In this document: piece after piece, positions 61,186 to 64,000 of the stretch | Position numbering within the stretch: the first letter of the stretch is position 1 | How the letters are laid out: each line of letters begins with the position of its first letter | Origin: Camelus dromedarius | Lineage: Eukaryota | Reading direction: 5' to 3' | DNA: 64,000 nucleotides | Assembly (NCBI RefSeq): GCF_036321535.1 | Contig: NC_087437.1 | Location: 31,436,001 to 31,500,000 of the forward strand | The notes under the pieces: generated by a model | Seen by the model: only the letters and a program-made list of their open reading frames with translations | Database searches by the model: none | Told to the model about the DNA's origin: nothing | Made by a program: the position numbers and the translations under genes

Positions 61186-64000
61186 ATTACTGTTATTTGT
61201 TTTCATGTCACATTTTTGTCTTGGCTTCAAGCAATTTACAAATAGAAAAACTGCCTAAAATGGTTACAGTCTACTGAGCTCCCAAATGCAGAATCCCAGG
61301 AACTATTTATCTAGCAAAGAAATCATTTTCTTACTAATTTGTTACATACAGCAAATATTTCCTTTAATAGTTTTGGTTTTTATTACAGCTGTATCATATT
61401 GTAGGACCTTTTTAGTATCTGAAATATACATAAATGAAATGATGGTGTATGGGGCTTACTGTCTGACTTAGTGTGGGTGTTGGTGCTCTGTGCGTTGATA
61501 ATGTATGTTGGAAATGTTGGTATGTCAAGCTATTTGTTGAGTAGGAAGAGAACCATTGTTTTAAAGCATCTAAATTATGAGAATGGCTGTCCTTTTCAGA
61601 ATTTTAAATTAGTTTTATATTAGGATTCTTATATTGGTATGTGGTGGTGTGTTTGTTGGTGAAGCAAATAGAAACAGAATTGTTAATATTTCAGCAGTTC
61701 AAGTTCATTCTTCCCTTTGAAGCAAAAATCAGCAGTCTGTCACAAGATTTTTTTTCTAATTCATCATGATAGGGTTATATTTTGGGTAAATCAAGGTTGA
61801 TTGGTATAGCCACATGATATATTTAACCAAATCTAAACCCTTCTCCAGAGTGGCTGTCTCCCATTACTCACTCTTTTCTGGCCATCCCTCTGTAGGGCTG
61901 CCCTTAAGTCAGATCAGGTTCCCATCTGCCAGGATGATTGCACCCTGCCTTTACAGAGCCCTGTGCTCCCCTCTACCCCAACCCCTATCTCTAGTACTGT
62001 CTCTTTTGCTCTGTTTTTAATATCCTGGGGTTGTTTTTTGTTGTTTTACTACTTTTTTTTTTTAAAGTTTACTACTTTGACCCTTTATCACCATCTGCTC
62101 AATACTCTAAATTCCTACCCATATTTGAGGCTCTGAGACCCTGAACTTACCCCCTTAGCTCATGGCCTGGCACCTCTCACAGTGCCTGTTATACCCTCTT
62201 ACACATACTCTCATCTCTTGTGTGCCCCCTGTTCAGAAGGTTTCCTTCTCCAACTTTCTGTTCTGCTCCTGTCCTTCCCTGTCCCCACTCTTCTTCCAAG
62301 AAGCAAAGTGCTTGAAGAACTCTTTTCTTCTTGTTCTTCCACACAACCTTTACTTACTGGTGATATTTCCTATTAAACTGCTCCTAAAATTCTTTCTCTC
62401 ACAGAAAAATATCTTGGATTGATACTCTAAAGCCTCTTACTTTTCCTGACCTTTGTCCATTCCTGGAGGAGTAACCACCTCCTCTCCCATAATGCTGCAT
62501 GCCTATTCTTTGTCCTCTCATTCCCAGAATTTACTTGCCACCAACGAGTTTAGAGAGGCAGATGTACCACTTCTTTGGTTTTACATTTTGTTATTTCTCT
62601 CTTGAAGCCTCTGGAGCCAGGGACTACATCTGTTTAGTTCTTTGTGTTGCCTAATACAGCCCACCATCACCATTTCCACACACACAGCTCCTGACTGCTT
62701 TCTGATAATATGAAACAATGGTTTGATAAGAGTAGTGGATGTTGAACATTTGGCATTCACATTGCATGAATTTTATACTGATGCAGATTGAGGAGAATAG
62801 ACACTCTTGGCTTTGGATGTTGTAAGCATTTCTTGTTTAAGGGAGAGCAGGTGGTAAAATTAATCTTATAAAAAGATAATTTAATGTTTTTCAGATTTTT
62901 TGTTTTGTCTCTGTTGAGTCTAGAAAAGCATATTGAAAATCAGAGTTAAAACAGTACTTTGATACATCAATCCACAGAACAGTTCATTGTAGTAAATTAG
63001 GATTTGTCGTGGAAGTTTCATAATGCCCGAAGGACTGAAATGCACTGAGAATGTAGCACAGGCTGCAGCTTTAGATGTCTTTCTCATGCAAATCATTATC
63101 TATGAAGTCTTAATAATACAGGCATAAACAGAAATTGTTAGAGCGATGTCCAGAATAAAATCTGATACTTTAATAGCAAAAAGCGTTGGTGTTTATATTA
63201 TAATGTATGCTAACATAATGACTGTTCTTCTTAGAACTCCTTAAAGAAAATAGTGAGATTTGTTAACTCATAATTGGGAACAGTTACTGGGAAATAAATT
63301 TAAAATGGGAAAATCTGTTTAGAAACTGGAAATGATGTTAAGAGGGAGAAAGAGGTTAATATCTGTCTACTCATTGATAGCATCAGATTCTCCTAAGGGT
63401 AAAGAAAAATTATTTAAAGCAACTTGATGTGAAGTTTAATTTAGGCATAGGAGTTCCAGTTTTCATTGTTTATCTTTTTTGAAGAATTTTCCAGACCTTT
63501 TTTTTAATTAAATATTCCTATTTACCATAAGTAATTTTAAACAAAGCGATGCTCAGATATGATTTAAACTACATTTTATTGTCTTGTTCCCATTTCACAC
63601 TTAATTAAAACTGTATGTTCCTTTTAATACTACATCCTAATGGGATGAAATTAGGCATCCTAATCCTAACTTGAAGTTATGCAAGAAATTAGGATTTTTG
63701 GCAGCTCTTTAGGAATTTTTAAAGGAATGTAAATTTTTACAGTAACTTATGTGCTCCGTGGCACCATTAATTGGTGTATGACTTGAGGGGTTTGTTTTTG
63801 TTGTTTTTCCAAATAGAACCTGATTCACAAATTATGAACATTGGGATGGAGGGTGGGAAATACTTTCTTTCCTTCATATTTGCCAGGGGTGTTTAGTGAG
63901 AGATGTTAATAGGTATTCATGGGTAAAAGGGAAGCGTTGTTATAGCTTTTAGAATATTTATAGTCCTCATCATGGTACTTCATTATCGACCTTAGCATAT

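Noticed and set aside
63670..63710. TIPARP exon 3
   Set aside because: Only a superficial resemblance. The continuation I recall from human (GQEFWADL...) is not encoded here, and I did not find it elsewhere in the window.

Overview
Mammalian genomic DNA, most likely camelid. The taxon is inferred from two tRNA-Ala(AGC)-derived SINE copies resembling camelid Vic-1; I recognised no Alu, Bov-tA or PRE-1 elements. Bases 1 to ~45,300 are intergenic and rich in repeats (L1, L2, MIR, MaLR LTRs, hAT/Tigger DNA-transposon remnants), and several insertions keep readable target-site duplications. A CpG island at ~45,980-47,690 holds the promoter and non-coding exon 1 (donor at 46,769) of TIPARP/PARP7 on the + strand. 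Exon 2 (49,589-50,544) carries the start codon and the first 305 codons, including Cys39, a basic NLS and the CCCH zinc finger. The rest of the window is intron 2; exon 3 is not reached. The most interesting unexplained signals concern TIPARP control: a strong-Kozak 14-codon uORF in exon 1, two clusters of AHR (GCGTG) cores, and several features in the repeat-poor intron 2. These are a candidate 6-nt microexon or recursive splice site (51,772-51,777), a candidate 52-nt frameshifting or terminal exon (57,263-57,314), an intronic poly(A) signal and a C/D-box-like element. All of these are sequence-based hypotheses. Repeat subfamily names are from recall and need a RepeatMasker/Dfam check.
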